This document shows, piece after piece, positions 50,119-64,000 of a DNA stretch of 64,000 nt. The position numbers and the translations under genes are program-made. The stretch is from Octopus sinensis. Lineage: Eukaryota. How positions within the stretch are numbered: the stretch's first letter is position 1; each line of letters opens with the position of its first letter. Under the pieces are notes generated by a model. That model did no database searches. It had not been told where the DNA came from and was given only the letters and a program-made list of their open reading frames with translations. The stretch spans positions 40,424,001 to 40,488,000 of the forward strand of contig NC_042999.1 of the NCBI RefSeq assembly GCF_006345805.1. The letters run 5' to 3'.

Positions 50119-51031
50119 CATTTATACATGTATATATATATATATATATATTTCATATACATATATATGTGTGGGGATACATACAGACATACATACGCAC
50201 ACACTTTTATATACACAAACAAAACTCAGTATAAGGTTAGGAAAATATTATTTTTAGCATTTCATCATCATCATTATATTATGATATTATTATTATTATT
50301 ATATTATTATATTATTATTATTATTATATCATTATTATTATTATTATTATATTATTATTATATCATTATTATTATTATTGTTATTTTTATTATTATTAAT
50401 AATAATAATAATAATAATATGCACACATATATTTAGACCTTCTCTGACAATCTACTTTCTATTAACTCCGGCGTAAATCATGCTTCGTTTTCATATCATG
50501 CATTCCCGCCCATACATACACTTTTTACAGATAAGTACGCATATGCGCTTGCGTATACATACACATATGAAAACACACGCACGCAGATAACTTACACCCA
50601 CACACACATTGGCACACACACTCAAGCATGCGCCCGCATACACATACTCACTCACGCATGCGTTCGCATACACTCGCACATTTGGTTTTGTGAAAAGAAA
50701 GATTCTCGCTATGTCTAAATACGAGCATTTCTATTCGTGTGATATCTGTTTTTTCCATTATTAACATCTATGATGCTTCATACATATACAATTCCTATAT
50801 ATCTAGCTTTACATATATTACACTTTCGTATGTAGCAGTTTAGAAAGCAAATTATAATGAGAGCCGAAGCCCTATGTATTTAAACATGTACATCTAACAC
50901 GAATCAATCACTATATGTAACATAATGCAAGGTAACTCATATGTTAGACTACAAAATTTATGCCACAGTTTATTCTCATGAACATTACATAGTTTAAAGC
51001 TTTACAAACTGAATAAGTATCATATATCTTT

Positions 51032-51264
51032 AAGGCGGCGAGCAGGCAGAATCGTTAGCACGCCGGACGAAATGCTTAGCAGTATTTCGACTGTCATTAC
51101 GTTCTGAGTTCAAATTCCGTCAAGGTCGACTTTGTCCTTTATCCTTTCGGGGTCGATTAAATAAGTACCAGTTACGCACTGGGGTCCATATAATCGACTT
51201 CATCCGTTTGTCTGTCCTTGTTTGCCCCCTCTGTGTGTATCTCCTTGTGGGCAGTAAAGAAATA
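51032..51264 (+). mobile_element. Full-length SINE family B with 20-bp target-site duplication
   Basis: AATAAGTATCATATATCTTT at 51012-51031 and 51261-51280 (overlapping the tail). The body CTTTATCCTTTCGGGGTCGATTAAATAAGTACC resembles the Meta-type central domain. Confidence 0.9.
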
Positions 51265-51489
51265 AGTATCATATATCTTTGTCACTTATCATCTTCCTTG
51301 GCCACTGTAAGGAAACTATCATGATAAATACCGGCAAATACGAAGTGAAGTCAGTCACTCTCACCAAAATATTTTTTTGTTGGCCGCATTGCCTTCAGTA
51401 TTCATGTGATAAATTGTATTGCTCTTCAAGTTATGCAACCTAGGTTAGACTTTAATCGTTCCTGTTTTCTTTCTTCTGTTACAGAGTAA

Positions 51490-52520
51490 ACATGGCCGCT
51501 CTGCTCATAGTGTGCACCAAGGAAGAACAGATGCCAGTGCTCCAATTTCTCTAGTCTCAAGATGTGTCAGGCGTTGAAACTCATCGCAGGCCTTCAGTAC
51601 AACATAAGGAAACAGCGCTCTGCCGTGTAGAAGTTTTATAATGGCTGGACAAGCATGAATCAAGAAGAGAGAGAGCAGGACACCCATTAATCTCTACCAC
51701 TGATATGAAGATTCAACAAGTTCGAAAATGGTTCTGGCGAACCTACAACTGACCGTCACTGAGGTGACATGTTCTTTGTAAATTTGTCGTGGGTCTGCAT
51801 ACGAAATCATCCTCGAGCCTGTGCTAGTTGTGTGCCAAGAGAGCTTACCGAAGTGCATAAGAGCAATCGTGTGGTAATATCTATCAAAGTGTGCACGACC
51901 GCTACAACGATAAAGGCAAAGTTTTTGTGGGGAGAATAGTCATAGGAAATACCTGGATCCATCACTTTGAACCAGCATCCATAAGGCAGACAATGAAACA
52001 GAAGCATCCCGGAAAATCAACCTTTCACAGAAAGCTTGATGCTAAGTGTGTGTGTTTTTTTTTTGGGGGGGGGGGCAAAAGTGTCCATTACTGGAACATT
52101 ACCCGGAAAAGGGATCTACAGTTACCAGTGTATGCTGCTATGAAATACTAGCCAACAATCTGAGACCAGCAATTTGCACCAAATGCCGAGGTCTAATGTC
52201 AAAGCAAATCCTATAGCTGCACGATAATGCACGCCTACATACAGTCGCCTACACCGTCGGAACCATTGAAGAATTGGGTTTCGAGTTACTGGAGCAACCT
52301 GCATACATTTCAGGTCTTTTCCCTTCTGGCTACCACCTCTTTGGATCGCTCAAACATTCTTTACGACGTCGTCGATTCACTACGCCCCAAAAAGTGCAGG
52401 AATCGGTGCATAAATAGCTGCTCACCCTGCAGCAAACCTTCTTCTGTGATGGAATAGCAAGCAAGTGGACCGCTGGAAGACATGCAGAGAAAAAGCAAGG
52501 TGACTATGTCGAGAAATGAT
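51490..52520 (+). mobile_element. Degenerate, nearly complete mariner transposase
   Basis: MAALLIVCTKEEQMPVLQFL (N-terminus), FVGRIVIG-NTWIHHFEPAS (TGDETW region), LHDNARLHT and FELLEQPAY motifs, with stops and frameshifts. Confidence 0.8.
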
Positions 52521-54678
52521 GTAATTCTTCAACCGCTGCTTTTGTTTGAATAAATTATAGAAATGAGATTGCGAATAATTTCTTTTCGATTTACTTGACG
52601 ACTTAATTACACATCAAAAGCATAAGCAGCATTGAGCCAAGGACAATAACTTAATGGGGCCGAGTGAATGGGTAAATATAGTAACCACATCTCTCGAACA
52701 ATGTATCCAGCCTCTGGTGAAAAAAATGGTCACATGGGATAATATCTTCCTTGATATGCAATTTCCAAGAAAGAGAGTGAACATTTACTTGTCTTCTGAG
52801 CCAGAATTATCCAGTTGTTGATCAATAATAAATATATCAAAAACAATAATCTGAAATTATGACTCAAAGAAATTCAGCTATCCTTTTTAAATGCTGCTGA
52901 GTGACTATATCTTCAGACCGCAGATGTTGCTCACACTGTAAAATGACGCTCATATGCTAAAGAATATTCTTTTTTATTGGAACGCAAAATAAAACGTAGC
53001 CTACCATTTTTGTCATGATTTAACTGGTACAAGTTGTGTTGACTTACATATCAGAAACGCCACTTTTTTTTTAGTTATTCTTAAATATGCTTATAAGTTT
53101 TTATATATTCCTTTTTGGTTACTGTTAAATTCTATTTTCCCTAAATATTTCTACATAAATAAATTCATTTATTTCACCTGAGCCACAGAGTAATCAGCGT
53201 GTAAAGATAATAACAAACGTGTACAACCAATTCTGTCTCAATTCCCAGTTGAAGCCGTTTCACCTGACATCCACCATTATATTCTTCGAGAAGGCAAAGT
53301 CCTCATAAAACCCAATGTATTCCTCACCTCGTTCAATAAATTCACATTTTCCAGCAAAAAAACATGAGTGGGTTTCTTCGAGTTCCTTCGATTAAACAGA
53401 AACAGGAGTCACAACTTCAAATCATATTTTAACATCTCAAATAATGCGGTTTGCGTTGAATTTAGTAGACGACTGAAATATAAAGCAACAACAAAATAAA
53501 GAATGCTAGGAGATGGTCGAAGTCGGAAAGCTTTCGATAATAGATCTACATCTTCAGAACAGACAACGACAACAATAACAGTAAGACATACCTTGCATCT
53601 AATCAAATATAACCAATAAATTATTTGGTATTTCTCTGTCTGATTGCTATATCTTGCCACCTGATATGTTCACTACGTGGTTGTCTTTCCCCCGTCGTCC
53701 ATTTTACGAATGGCTTCTGTTTACACTTAGTGACTTCAGTGTTTGTACTTCTGTATATATTTACGTATTTATTTATTCTATTTGTCATAGTCAGCACTTT
53801 GTTCCGCGAGACAAATGCTGGCTATTATTTAATGTCGATTACTGTAATAAATTTGATGGTTAAAGTAAACCAATATAAGACACACTATTAAGTCTCTCAA
53901 AATGCTTAAAATAGCATCCAGATCTGCTTCAGAGAACAAGCAATCGTCTTAAAGAGTAGCTGTTATATTAAACAGTATAGACCTAAGTACATCATTTGTA
54001 AAGCGAGTTTGGTGCGGCTGGAACACATGTGAAACGCATGTTCATTGAATGCCAACTAAAGATTAACAAGCAAAACGATAGCTACAATTAAATAATCAAA
54101 TAACAATTATGGTGGAGTGTGTTTATTTAACCTCCCAAAAAATAGCAATCAAATATCCTCAAACACGAAATATACTATCTCTAAAAATCATTACTTCTGT
54201 CCTTGGCGTAGCAACTGTTATTTCTTCTTTGTTTACCCCTAGAAAATATGAAAAATTGCTAATATTTCCTTCAGAAAATTGCTAATATTTCCTTTGCTTT
54301 GATCACATTTATTCAAACTCCAAACAATCCCTCTCAACACATGGCTATGATATTCTCACACTACTGCTCATGATCAGAGATATACACATTGTCAGCCACT
54401 AAGGGAGGTGCTCAACTGGTTAAACTCAAGAGTAAAGCAATTAAAAATCAAATCTGTAGTATCGAGTATACTATTTGCTATAACGATATTTCTGATTCAG
54501 CGACTCAGCTCTGAATGTGTTTGAAATGTAATGGAAAATAGCTCTAGCTCAGTTTCAAAGAAATTGATGTCCAGGTCACAACAGCAAAGTTTGAAGGGGA
54601 TGGTAGTAATTTTATAACATTTTTTTTCTGATAGAAACAAAAAGGAAATAACACATTGGCCAAAGATAAAAAAATATA

Positions 54679-55084
54679 GGCGCAGGAGTGGCTGTGTGGT
54701 AAGTAGCTTGTCTACCAACCACATGGTTCCGTGTTCAGTCCCACTGCGTGGCACCTCGGGCAGGTGTCTTCTACTATAGCCTCGGGCCGACCAAAGCCTT
54801 GTGAGTGGATTTGGTAGACGGAAACTGAAAGAAGCCTGTCGTATATATGTAAATATATATGCGTGTGTCTGTTTGTGTGTCTGTGTTTGTCCCCCTAGCA
54901 TTGCTTGACAACCGATGCTGGTGTGTTTATGTCCCCGTTAATTAGCGGTTCGGCAAAAGAGACCGATAGAATAAGTACTGAGGTTACAAAAAGAATAAGT
55001 GCCGGGGTCGAGTTGCTCGATTAAAGGCGGTGCTCCAGCATGGCCGCAGTCAAATGACTGAAAGAAGTAAAAGAGTAAAGAGTA
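54679..55084 (+). mobile_element. SINE family A, full length
   Basis: Collinear with 12901 and 32533; short internal microsatellite. Confidence 0.85.
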
Positions 55085-55479
55085 TATAAAAATTATGCGA
55101 CAGTGTTTTAAGCCATGTCTTATGAGGCCCACTTCTTGACAAAGGTTGCTTAAGCATATGTTTAACAGTAGCGTCTCAGGTTTAACCTGGGGCCTAAAGT
55201 ACTATAACACAAAGCCATTGCTTGTAAATTGCTGATATTTGTTTTAGTCATCAGGTTTCGCCATTGTACCCCGCCCTCGTTCATATAATTCTCTTGTACG
55301 TCATTTTATGGGTGGATGACGTATATTTATTTAATTATATTGATATCTTCATGCTTATTTCTCCATCTTGCTTTTATTATATTTTTTTGATGCTGTCTTC
55401 TTAATGCAATTCTATCATCGTCGACGTCACCGCTGTTCACATTTTGCTCTTATTAATTTTTTTTTTGTTGGAGTAGTAA

Positions 55480-55989
55480 CAATAATCATGATGATGACAT
55501 TGTTGTTGTTGTTGGTAGTGGTGGTGGTGGTGGTGACGATGATGATGATGATGATGTGGTCTTGTTGTGGTTGTTGTTGGTGGTGATGTTGATGATGGAG
55601 GTGATGCTTCTGGTCATCGTCATCGTGATATAAGTAGTTGTTTTTGTTGTTTTGTGGTGGTGGTGGTCGTCGTCGTCGTCATCGTGGTGAAATAATTAGG
55701 AAAAGGTGGAGGAGGAGGAAGAAGCGGGAGAGGAGGAGAAGGAGGGGAGGAAGAGGTGGTGGAGGAGAACAAGAAGAAAGCGATGTATGTGTAGGCTGCT
55801 TTCAGAGATGATAATATTGATAATGAGTGGGTTTTCGTTCTAATTATCGTTACACATGTCTCTGCGCTACTGTGTTCCACCGACCGCGAATAAATGACAA
55901 GTATAATATAATAGAATTTATGATAATCATAATAACAAGCACCATATAATGATGATCGCGATGATGATGATGATGATGATGATGATGAC

Positions 55990-56045
<56 letters not shown>

Positions 56046-56078
56046 CGATGATGATGATGATGGTGATGATGATGATGG

Positions 56079-56118
<40 letters not shown>

Positions 56119-56600
56119 TATAATATAATAATAAATAATGAATCCGAAGATGTTGACTTAAGATAACTGTTCTGGTAAATTAATAAATTCCTTCTCTCTA
56201 TATATGTGGCATCGTCTATAATGCATCAAGAAGAGAAGAAGAAGAAGAAGAAGAAGAAAAAAAAGAAGAAGTAGAAGAAGAAGAAGAAGAAGAAGAGAAG
56301 AAGAAAGAAGAAGAAGAAGAAGAAGAAGAAGAAGAAGAAGAAGAAGAAGAAGAAGAAGAAGAAGAAGAAGAAGAAGAACAAGAAGAACAAGAAGAACAAG
56401 AAGAACAAGAAGAACAAGAAGAAGAACAAGAAGAAGAACAAGAAGAAGAACAAGAAGAAGAAGAAAAAGAAGAAGAAGAATTTCTGCTGTAGGCCTTATA
56501 ATGATAATAATGATAATGATAACGATGATGATGATGTCGATGACGAGGATGACGACGATGACGACGACGACGACGATGACAACGACTATGATGATGTCCT
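55480..56600. repeat. Cluster of trinucleotide repeats: (GTT/GGT/GAT), (GAT)n ~55950-56115, (GAA/CAA)n ~56230-56480, (GAT/GAC)n
   Basis: Directly visible in the sequence. Confidence 0.95.
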
Positions 56601-56989
56601 GTCCAACTGCTCTTCCCTTATTTACAGGAGCATTTTTCTCTTTTTTTCCTGATTTTAACTGGTTTCTGACGTATTTACACCATTTGTCTTCAATGAGAAA
56701 TTTTCTCCATGGCAAACACAGTGAATGGTTTTCTTGCAGGTTCAAATATGGTCCAAGCATATTTGATCTGGTAATAACCTTGTATTCTTAGAATTGGTTC
56801 ATTCACTCTAACAAGTTTTGTCGCAATCATCCACCTTTTGGGAATTTCGCTGGGAAAGAGCTCTTCCCTTTCCACCTTCAATTTCCTTATCAAGGAGAAC
56901 ACAAAAGAAAGTCGATGGGGGATTGACTGCAGAAGAAGGTCTCTTTTCTTCAATGTTTTCAGCCTCGACAACCACATATGCGATATTCT

Positions 56990-57292
56990 ATCAGTTACGA
57001 CGACAAATTTTCGAGTTGATCCGATCTACGGAACAGCCTGCTCGTGAAATTAACATGCAAGTAATTGAGCACTCCACGGGCACGCATACCTTTAATCTGG
57101 CCCTTATAAATACAGATACAACTTATTTTCGCCAGCTTAGTATACAGGGGCAACGCGAAATAAAGTATCTTGCTCAAGAACACAAAGGTCTCCACCGAGA
57201 ATCGAACTCACCACCGTACGATCGTGAACAATATACTAAAAGCCCTAAGTCACACGACTCTCCTTCACCAGCGACCTTTTCTCCAGAGCTCT
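56990..57292 (-). mobile_element. tRNA-derived SINE, family D
   Basis: Minus strand: GGAGAGTCGTGTGACTTAGGG...GAGTTCGATTCTCGG...TGTGTTCTTGAGCAAGATACTT. A related copy lies at ~61120-61250. Confidence 0.6.
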
Positions 57293-58029
57293 CATAGGAA
57301 AGCCACGTGCTCCGTTTTGTTAAGGGTGAGTGATGGTTTGACCTTTACGATGGTCTCTCGGCCGATAATTTTTTTGTTTTCCTACACGCTGCTCGACATA
57401 ACTCCACGAGTCAGCAATGCTCGGACACTGAGTACGCGCAATAAAGTTTTGCCCCACCACGCGCAGGTTCTTGCAATCCTAGCTGGTGGCACATCCATGC
57501 CTGTACAGTTTACCTCGAACTAACAGTGCACTGCGGTAGCACAGGTATCTCAGGGATTTCTGGAAGTTATCTATGGTACTTCATAGCCTGAAAGTCCTCT
57601 GAAATAGAGCAGCTAATTCACCGATGTCGGCGCCTAAAGTTTCCCTTAGATCGTCATTGAATTTATCCACCATAAGTTTTCTATATATTGCCAGCGTAAA
57701 ACTTCTACCGACGACATTCCAAAAAGATAAATAAAAGTTGTGTTAATCATGGCGTGTGTTTCTTTTTTCTTCTCAGAATGTAAAGATTCGTAACAAACAC
57801 AGCAAGGAACATTGTCTCACAGTCTATGGATTTTGCCAAGCCTCCAACTTTAATAGTAATTTGGTTAAGAATAGTTACGAGGAACTTAATTTTGGAGAAG
57901 GGTCCTAGTTGAAAATACTGAAACAAGTAATACACTGGCACCATATATTATCGACCCTGGAGGAGTGAAACGCACTGATGACTTAACTGAGATTGGAACT
58001 GAAGAGGAAAAGAATTGGATGAAATAACT

Positions 58030-58450
<421 letters not shown>

Positions 58451-59308
58451 GACTTTCTGTTTGTTTGTCTATGTATCAATCTATCTAACTTTCCATCTTT
58501 TTATTTATCTCGCTCGCTCCTTCTCTTTATGTGTGTGTGTATATGCGCATGTATGTATATACGTATATATGTATGTATTACGTATGCACACATACACATA
58601 TTCATATGTGTGTGTGTGTAAATGTATCTATGCATATATATATATACATACTTTTATGGAATATCTATCAGCGTGGATATATGTGTTATTCCCTTGAGCC
58701 GTCAAAGTAAATGATGGAAGGCACACGTGTAAGATACCACACAGAAATGTGAGTAAAGAACGTTTGGGGAAATCGTACACAAAAATAAAATAAGCAAGCA
58801 AAATTGAAGGGGGAGGGAAAAAGGAAAAGAATAAAGAAATGAAAAGAAAAACAGGAAGTGTCTCTGAATGCATGAATGAAAGAATGATAGAAGGATTGAA
58901 TATTAAGTGTTAGATTAAATGCTAGACTGCAAAAAAACAGAAGGAACATTTAGCTACGACAGTGCAACGAACAAAGCGTGTATTTAAAAGAGAGCTGTTT
59001 GAAAGCGAATAAGAACGTTTGAGATTTATGATAAGTTAAATGGCTGACCAAATAAAAGAGCTGAATGTTTTAGAGAATACGTGCAAATTGTTTTGAAGAA
59101 GGGTAGAAGTTACGATGAAACTATGGAATTATACCTAATAGGACAGAAAATGAGATACGAAATCAGAAGGTTATATGTAAACACATATATATATGACAAT
59201 ATGAAATAACGTAATATAACATATATAATATAATATAATATAATATTAGATAGAAAGACAAGACAGATATATATATATATATACATACATATATATATAT
59301 ATACATAA

Positions 59309-59354
<46 letters not shown>

Positions 59355-61119
59355 GTATGTATGTATGATGCATGTATGCATGCATGTATATGCGTATATG
59401 TATATATATATGAATATATATATATAGATTCATATATATAGACATATACATACATACATATACTCATACATACATACATACATGCATCATACATGCATAC
59501 ATACATACAAACATACATACATACATACATACATACATACATACATACATACATACATACATACATACATACATAGGACCAGATCGGTAGAATAATACAA
59601 TATCGAAGATAGAAGGAAAAGACAACTGACAAAATACACAAATTCAAGTGTTTTTCGAAATATTGAAAAAGGGAGGTTAGATTCCTTTGTCGGACCCATC
59701 TATTACAAGGGTCTCCCAGTCCCATATAAAATGATATTCGTAAAACATGTCATTGCACTAGCGATTTTGCCATGGGTTTGAAAATTTTCATACGTCAACG
59801 ATAGTCGTTATATGAGAATCTTCCATTAGGAGACAAAATATTTTATCAACACTGCAAAAAATATTTTAAAAATAATACGCCTCTAGATATATATTTAATC
59901 TATCGTTGGACAATATAACTTTCGCCGTTTCAGAAATTAAACCAAACGCCATTATCGCGAGACTACGTTCCATACGCTATATATATATATTTGTGTATAT
60001 ACGTGGACAGGGAGGAAGAGAAAAAGAAAGAGAGATGAAACACGAATAAAGAATGGAAATATATGAATACAAACTATGAATGAAGTTTAATAAAGTACGT
60101 TCACCAACAACCACTCAGGCGCAAATACATTCTATTACTTGTCATGCTGAACATACACAGCCGACAACCTTAACTTTGAGAGCGCATTCAAGATTTTTTC
60201 TCCTTTGATTCTAACGCACGAATCTAATGGAGAAAAAATGTTATGCCTACGTACATACAATTCGTATCCGTTCTGCCATTGGGTATATCAAATTTACAAA
60301 GTCTCAATGCATTGAAACATGAACGATTTAACTTTTGAATTACTCTTCATGCCTAGACTTATGTGTAACAAATAAGTTCCTAAAATTTCAAGTCCCCCCA
60401 CTTTATCTTTATTCAAACAATAGCACTATTCAGAAACGAATAAAGAGCATATGTAGACGCAAAAATACAAACCACGAGTCAAATAAAATCAACAAGCTAC
60501 GCAAACGCTAAGCCACAGACAAAAGAAATCCAAAAAAAATTAATGACTACTGACAAACAATCCTTGTCCACTCTACCACTTCACAGATTAAATGTAGGGA
60601 GCTCTGATTATTTCAGACTGTCACTAGATACGTTCTATGAACAGCATCAGCCTTAACTTTCGGCGCAAAAATTATTGTCACCTGACATTAATGTACGGAT
60701 GTAGCATGGGACTTACAAACATTTCTAAGCTTAATCATGTGATCATCTTCTGCCAATCAAATTGTGTCCTAAACGGATAGAAATGTTGAGCCATGATCAA
60801 GAGAATTTTCGAACTCCAATCAGAGGCAATAGAGTTGCGGTTTAGCTCCTTGTCTATATCTCACTTAACTCGCAGATGCAGCCATGTGTGATATCATGAT
60901 CATAATCCTCTCGGATAGAGAAACGGAGAGCATATGTTACAACCTTTGCTGGCACAACAACATTGCTTATATCTGCCGTTATCCCTTGGACTCATAAGAC
61001 CAGGAATTAATCTGGATTGCATCACTGTAAGTGACTGGGATTATGATATTCCCTCACAAACAGGACGCCAGACCGCAACAAGCTTTACCTGCCAGTTACA
61101 GATGGAAAACATTTATTGT

Positions 61120-61250
61120 TAGGTGAACTAGAGCAACGTCAACTGAAGTGTTTTTCTTAAGAACAACAAGTGCCAACCTATCAGGGAAACGAAACCGTGA
61201 TCTTACAATCATGAATGCAACACAATAAGCACTAGCTTCCGCACCTGCAC
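61120..61250 (-). mobile_element. Diverged SINE family D head
   Basis: Minus strand: ...CATGATTGTAAGATCACGGTTTCGTTTCC...TTGTTCTTAAGAAAAACACTTCAGTTGACGTTGCTC. Confidence 0.5.
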
Positions 61251-61277
61251 TACCACTAACAATATATTCACAATATC

Positions 61278-61670
61278 AAGGCGGCGAGTTGGCAGAAACG
61301 TTAGCGCGCCGGGCGAAGTGCTTAGCGGTATATCGTCTGCCTCTGCGTTCTGAGTTCAAATTCCGCCGAGGTTGACTTTGCCTTTCATCCTTTCGGGGTC
61401 GATTTAATAAGTACCAGTTACGCACTGGGGTCGATGTAATCGAATTAATCCGTTTGTCTGTCCTTGTTTCTCCCCTCTGTGTGTAGCCCCTTGTGGTCGT
61501 AAAGAAATAGGTATATCGTCTGTCTTTACGTTCTGAGCTCAAAATTCCATCGAGATTGACTTTACCTTTCATCTTATGAGGTTGATAAAATAAGTACAAA
61601 TTTGGCGCTGAGGGTGATGTCATCGACTTTCTCCCATCTCCAAAGATGTTTGCCTTCTGCCAATGTTTAG
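61278..61670 (+). mobile_element. SINE family B (61278-61509) followed head-to-tail by a 5'-truncated copy (61510-61670)
   Basis: The first copy is complete to TAAAGAAATA. The second starts at GGTATATCGTCTG and has a different tail. Confidence 0.85.
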
Positions 61671-61814
61671 TTTTTTTTTTCATATTTCTTTTAAATTGAA
61701 TGTTCATGTAAAAGCAGTGTTAAAATATGTATTGATCTTATTTACTTGAACGATTCATTTGAAGATATCCCTCAGTGTTGTATATTTCCCTTGAAGAAAT
61801 CTTAAGAAAACAAC

Positions 61815-61955
61815 AGTTTCAAATTTCCGCTGGGATCGACTTCACTTTTCATTCTTTTGAGGTCGATCAATTAAGTACCAGTCAAGTAATAAGATCAATG
61901 TAATCAGCTTACCTGCTTCCACGAAATATTAGCCTTGTGCCAAAAAATGAAACCA
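61815..61955 (+). mobile_element. SINE family B fragment
   Basis: TTCAAATTTCCGCTGGGATCGACTTC...GAGGTCGATCAATTAAGTACCAG...GCCTTGTGCCAAAAAATGAAACC. Confidence 0.65.
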
Positions 61956-63312
61956 GTATATTCACACAACCATCATTATGAATACATCCATCATTTTGCC
62001 ATAACCAAATCGTAACTACCGTAACAACTCATATTATACGAACGTTAACACTACGATATTACACGTCTGCATATTTCCACAACTACATCCTCACCACTAT
62101 ATCTCCAGCAGCAAAAGAGTAGCAACACTTTTAATGTATCACACCCTCACTGACTCGACTCTACCATTATCTCTACTGTATCACCTCTCATATCCTGCCC
62201 TACAAATCACTGTTAACATATCTTCACTACCATAGCATTATCACGGTCACGACGACTGTCACCCCGACCATATAAACACAGCCAACACTCCCATCTTAAC
62301 AACACACTACCAGCATCGTCCTCATATCGCCACTACCAACATCACCACCATCTTATCATAAGCAACAATCCTATCATAAAACCTCTATATCACTAGAGCC
62401 ATCGCCCTCAATATATCAGCAGCACCACCATCATATCTCCAGTCCGAACATCGCTAGCAATAACATCAGCATTACATTACTCTAATAATCATTACTACAA
62501 CAGTGGCAACGCCACCGCTACTGCCATGGCATCACCGACACCACCACAATATACCGATAACCATCATTACTGTAAAAGCCACCAGCCACATCCCTCCCAT
62601 TACACCATTATCCTTACCACCAACCACTACCACCACAATATCAATACTAATACCATTCTACCAGTATTACTACCATTAAAAACATTGTGTTAAAGTCTTA
62701 CAACCTACCAATCTGATTAGGATTCTAATCATTGCGGTCGATCAATTGTCTTTCATCTTGTTTTTCAGTAGGTTTCAGCAATCATTCCACCACCCCTCCT
62801 TTCTATATTCTTTTGTTCTCCCTCAGTTCCCTTCCCATATATACTCTCCATCTCTTTTCTATTCTTATTTCTCGCCCCCTCTACCGTATCTTACTCCTTC
62901 TTACTTGTTATGTATTTCTCCCCGCACCGCCCTCACCCCTCTTTAATTCTGTCACTGATTGCTATCTAATATTTTCTGAAGATTTTCTAATCATCTAAAC
63001 AGAAATGATTTCTGTATTAGCTCCGATAACAAAACTAGCTATTTTCTCTCTCTCTGTCTCTCTGTCTCTCCCTCTCTCCCTCTCCCTCTCTCCCTCTCCC
63101 TCTCTCCCTCTCTCCCTCTTCCTCTCTCCCTCTCCCTCTCTCCCTCCCTCTCTCTCTCTCTTCCTTATATATTCTATTAACATAGATATATTTTTTAGAA
63201 TGTATCTTTCTATGAATGTATTTATGCAGATACACAAACCTACATACACACGTAAATAATATATATGCATATATATGTGTGTGGGTGTCTATTATGTATA
63301 TATATGTATGTG

Positions 63313-63384
<72 letters not shown>

Positions 63385-63622
63385 CATTTATGCATGCATG
63401 TATGTGTGCATACATACCACACACACGCACACAAACACAGATAGATAGATAGATAGATAGATTAACGATCTATTTTATACTAGAGCTTCCGTGGCGTGTA
63501 GCCCCTCTATCAGACAAGTTACACGGGCATGGGCCTGACTTGTTTGATTTATTGAGAATACGGTCACATGCTGTAGACCTTCTTCAGTAACAAGCTACTG
63601 GACCGACTTAAGTCAACTTAAG

Positions 63623-63653
<31 letters not shown>

Positions 63654-63818
63654 GTACACACACACACATACAAACACCCATACACACAGACGGAAACACA
63701 TAAGTGTATATATGCATGTATGTATGTGTTAGTATGTATGTATGCACGCGAGCGGTGTGTGTTTATACATGTATTAATATTATTAGTATTAACCGACAGA
63801 GAATCGTAAATATTTATA

Positions 63819-63975
63819 GGCGCAGGCGAGGCTGTGTAGTTAGAAGATGGCTTCCCAACCACTTGACCCAAGGTTTAGTCCCGCTGCATGGCACCTTTAG
63901 CAGGTATCTCGTATAGCCTTGAACCGACCAAAGTCTTGTAAGTGAATTTCGTAGACAGAGACTGAATGAAGGTTG
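63819..63975 (+). mobile_element. Diverged SINE family A head
   Basis: GGCGCAGGCGAGGCTGTGTAG...GCATGGCACC...CCGACCAAAGTCTTGTAAGTGAATTTCGTAGAC. Confidence 0.7.
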
Positions 63976-64000
63976 TCTTCAGGTGATTGAAACATTTATC

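Noticed and set aside
53522-53564. Hammerhead-like CTGAAGA...GAAAGCTTTC on the minus strand
   Set aside because: Stem I cannot pair next to the core, and stem II would sequester G8/A9.
56158-56760. 200-aa Leu/Val-rich membrane-protein-like ORF
   Set aside because: It is the reverse translation of (GAA)n and (GAT)n tracts.
63549-63593. Hammerhead-like remnant (minus: CTGAAGA-A-GGTC-loop-GACC-GTA...)
   Set aside because: Stem II is plausible, but the GAAA box and stem I are missing; too decayed to count.

Overview
Eukaryotic, very AT-rich, microsatellite-saturated DNA with no host gene I can support. The SINE heads and repeat mix resemble octopus (coleoid cephalopod) DNA; this is inference, not a database result. 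Recognisable content: (1) a probably full-length but frameshifted L1/Tx1-clade LINE (36838-43085, minus) with (GATA)n on both sides; (2) Penelope-like element (PLE) remnants (433-920; 44884-50070 with RT-thumb and GIY-YIG remnants); (3) two RTE-clade LINE fragments, one with a twin-priming-type inversion; (4) an R4/Dong-type endonuclease fragment; (5) four mariner remnants and a TIR-bounded MITE; (6) many tRNA-derived SINEs of about four families. The main hidden signal is a set of minimal type I hammerhead ribozyme (HHR) motifs: nine copies from about six unrelated repeat families. They include a 546-bp tandem/fold-back, retrozyme-like monomer with three intact cores, and one motif with a natural G3:C8 swap of the conserved C3:G8 core pair. 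All alignments and folds were done by eye; most repeat boundaries are approximate (about +/-20 bp).
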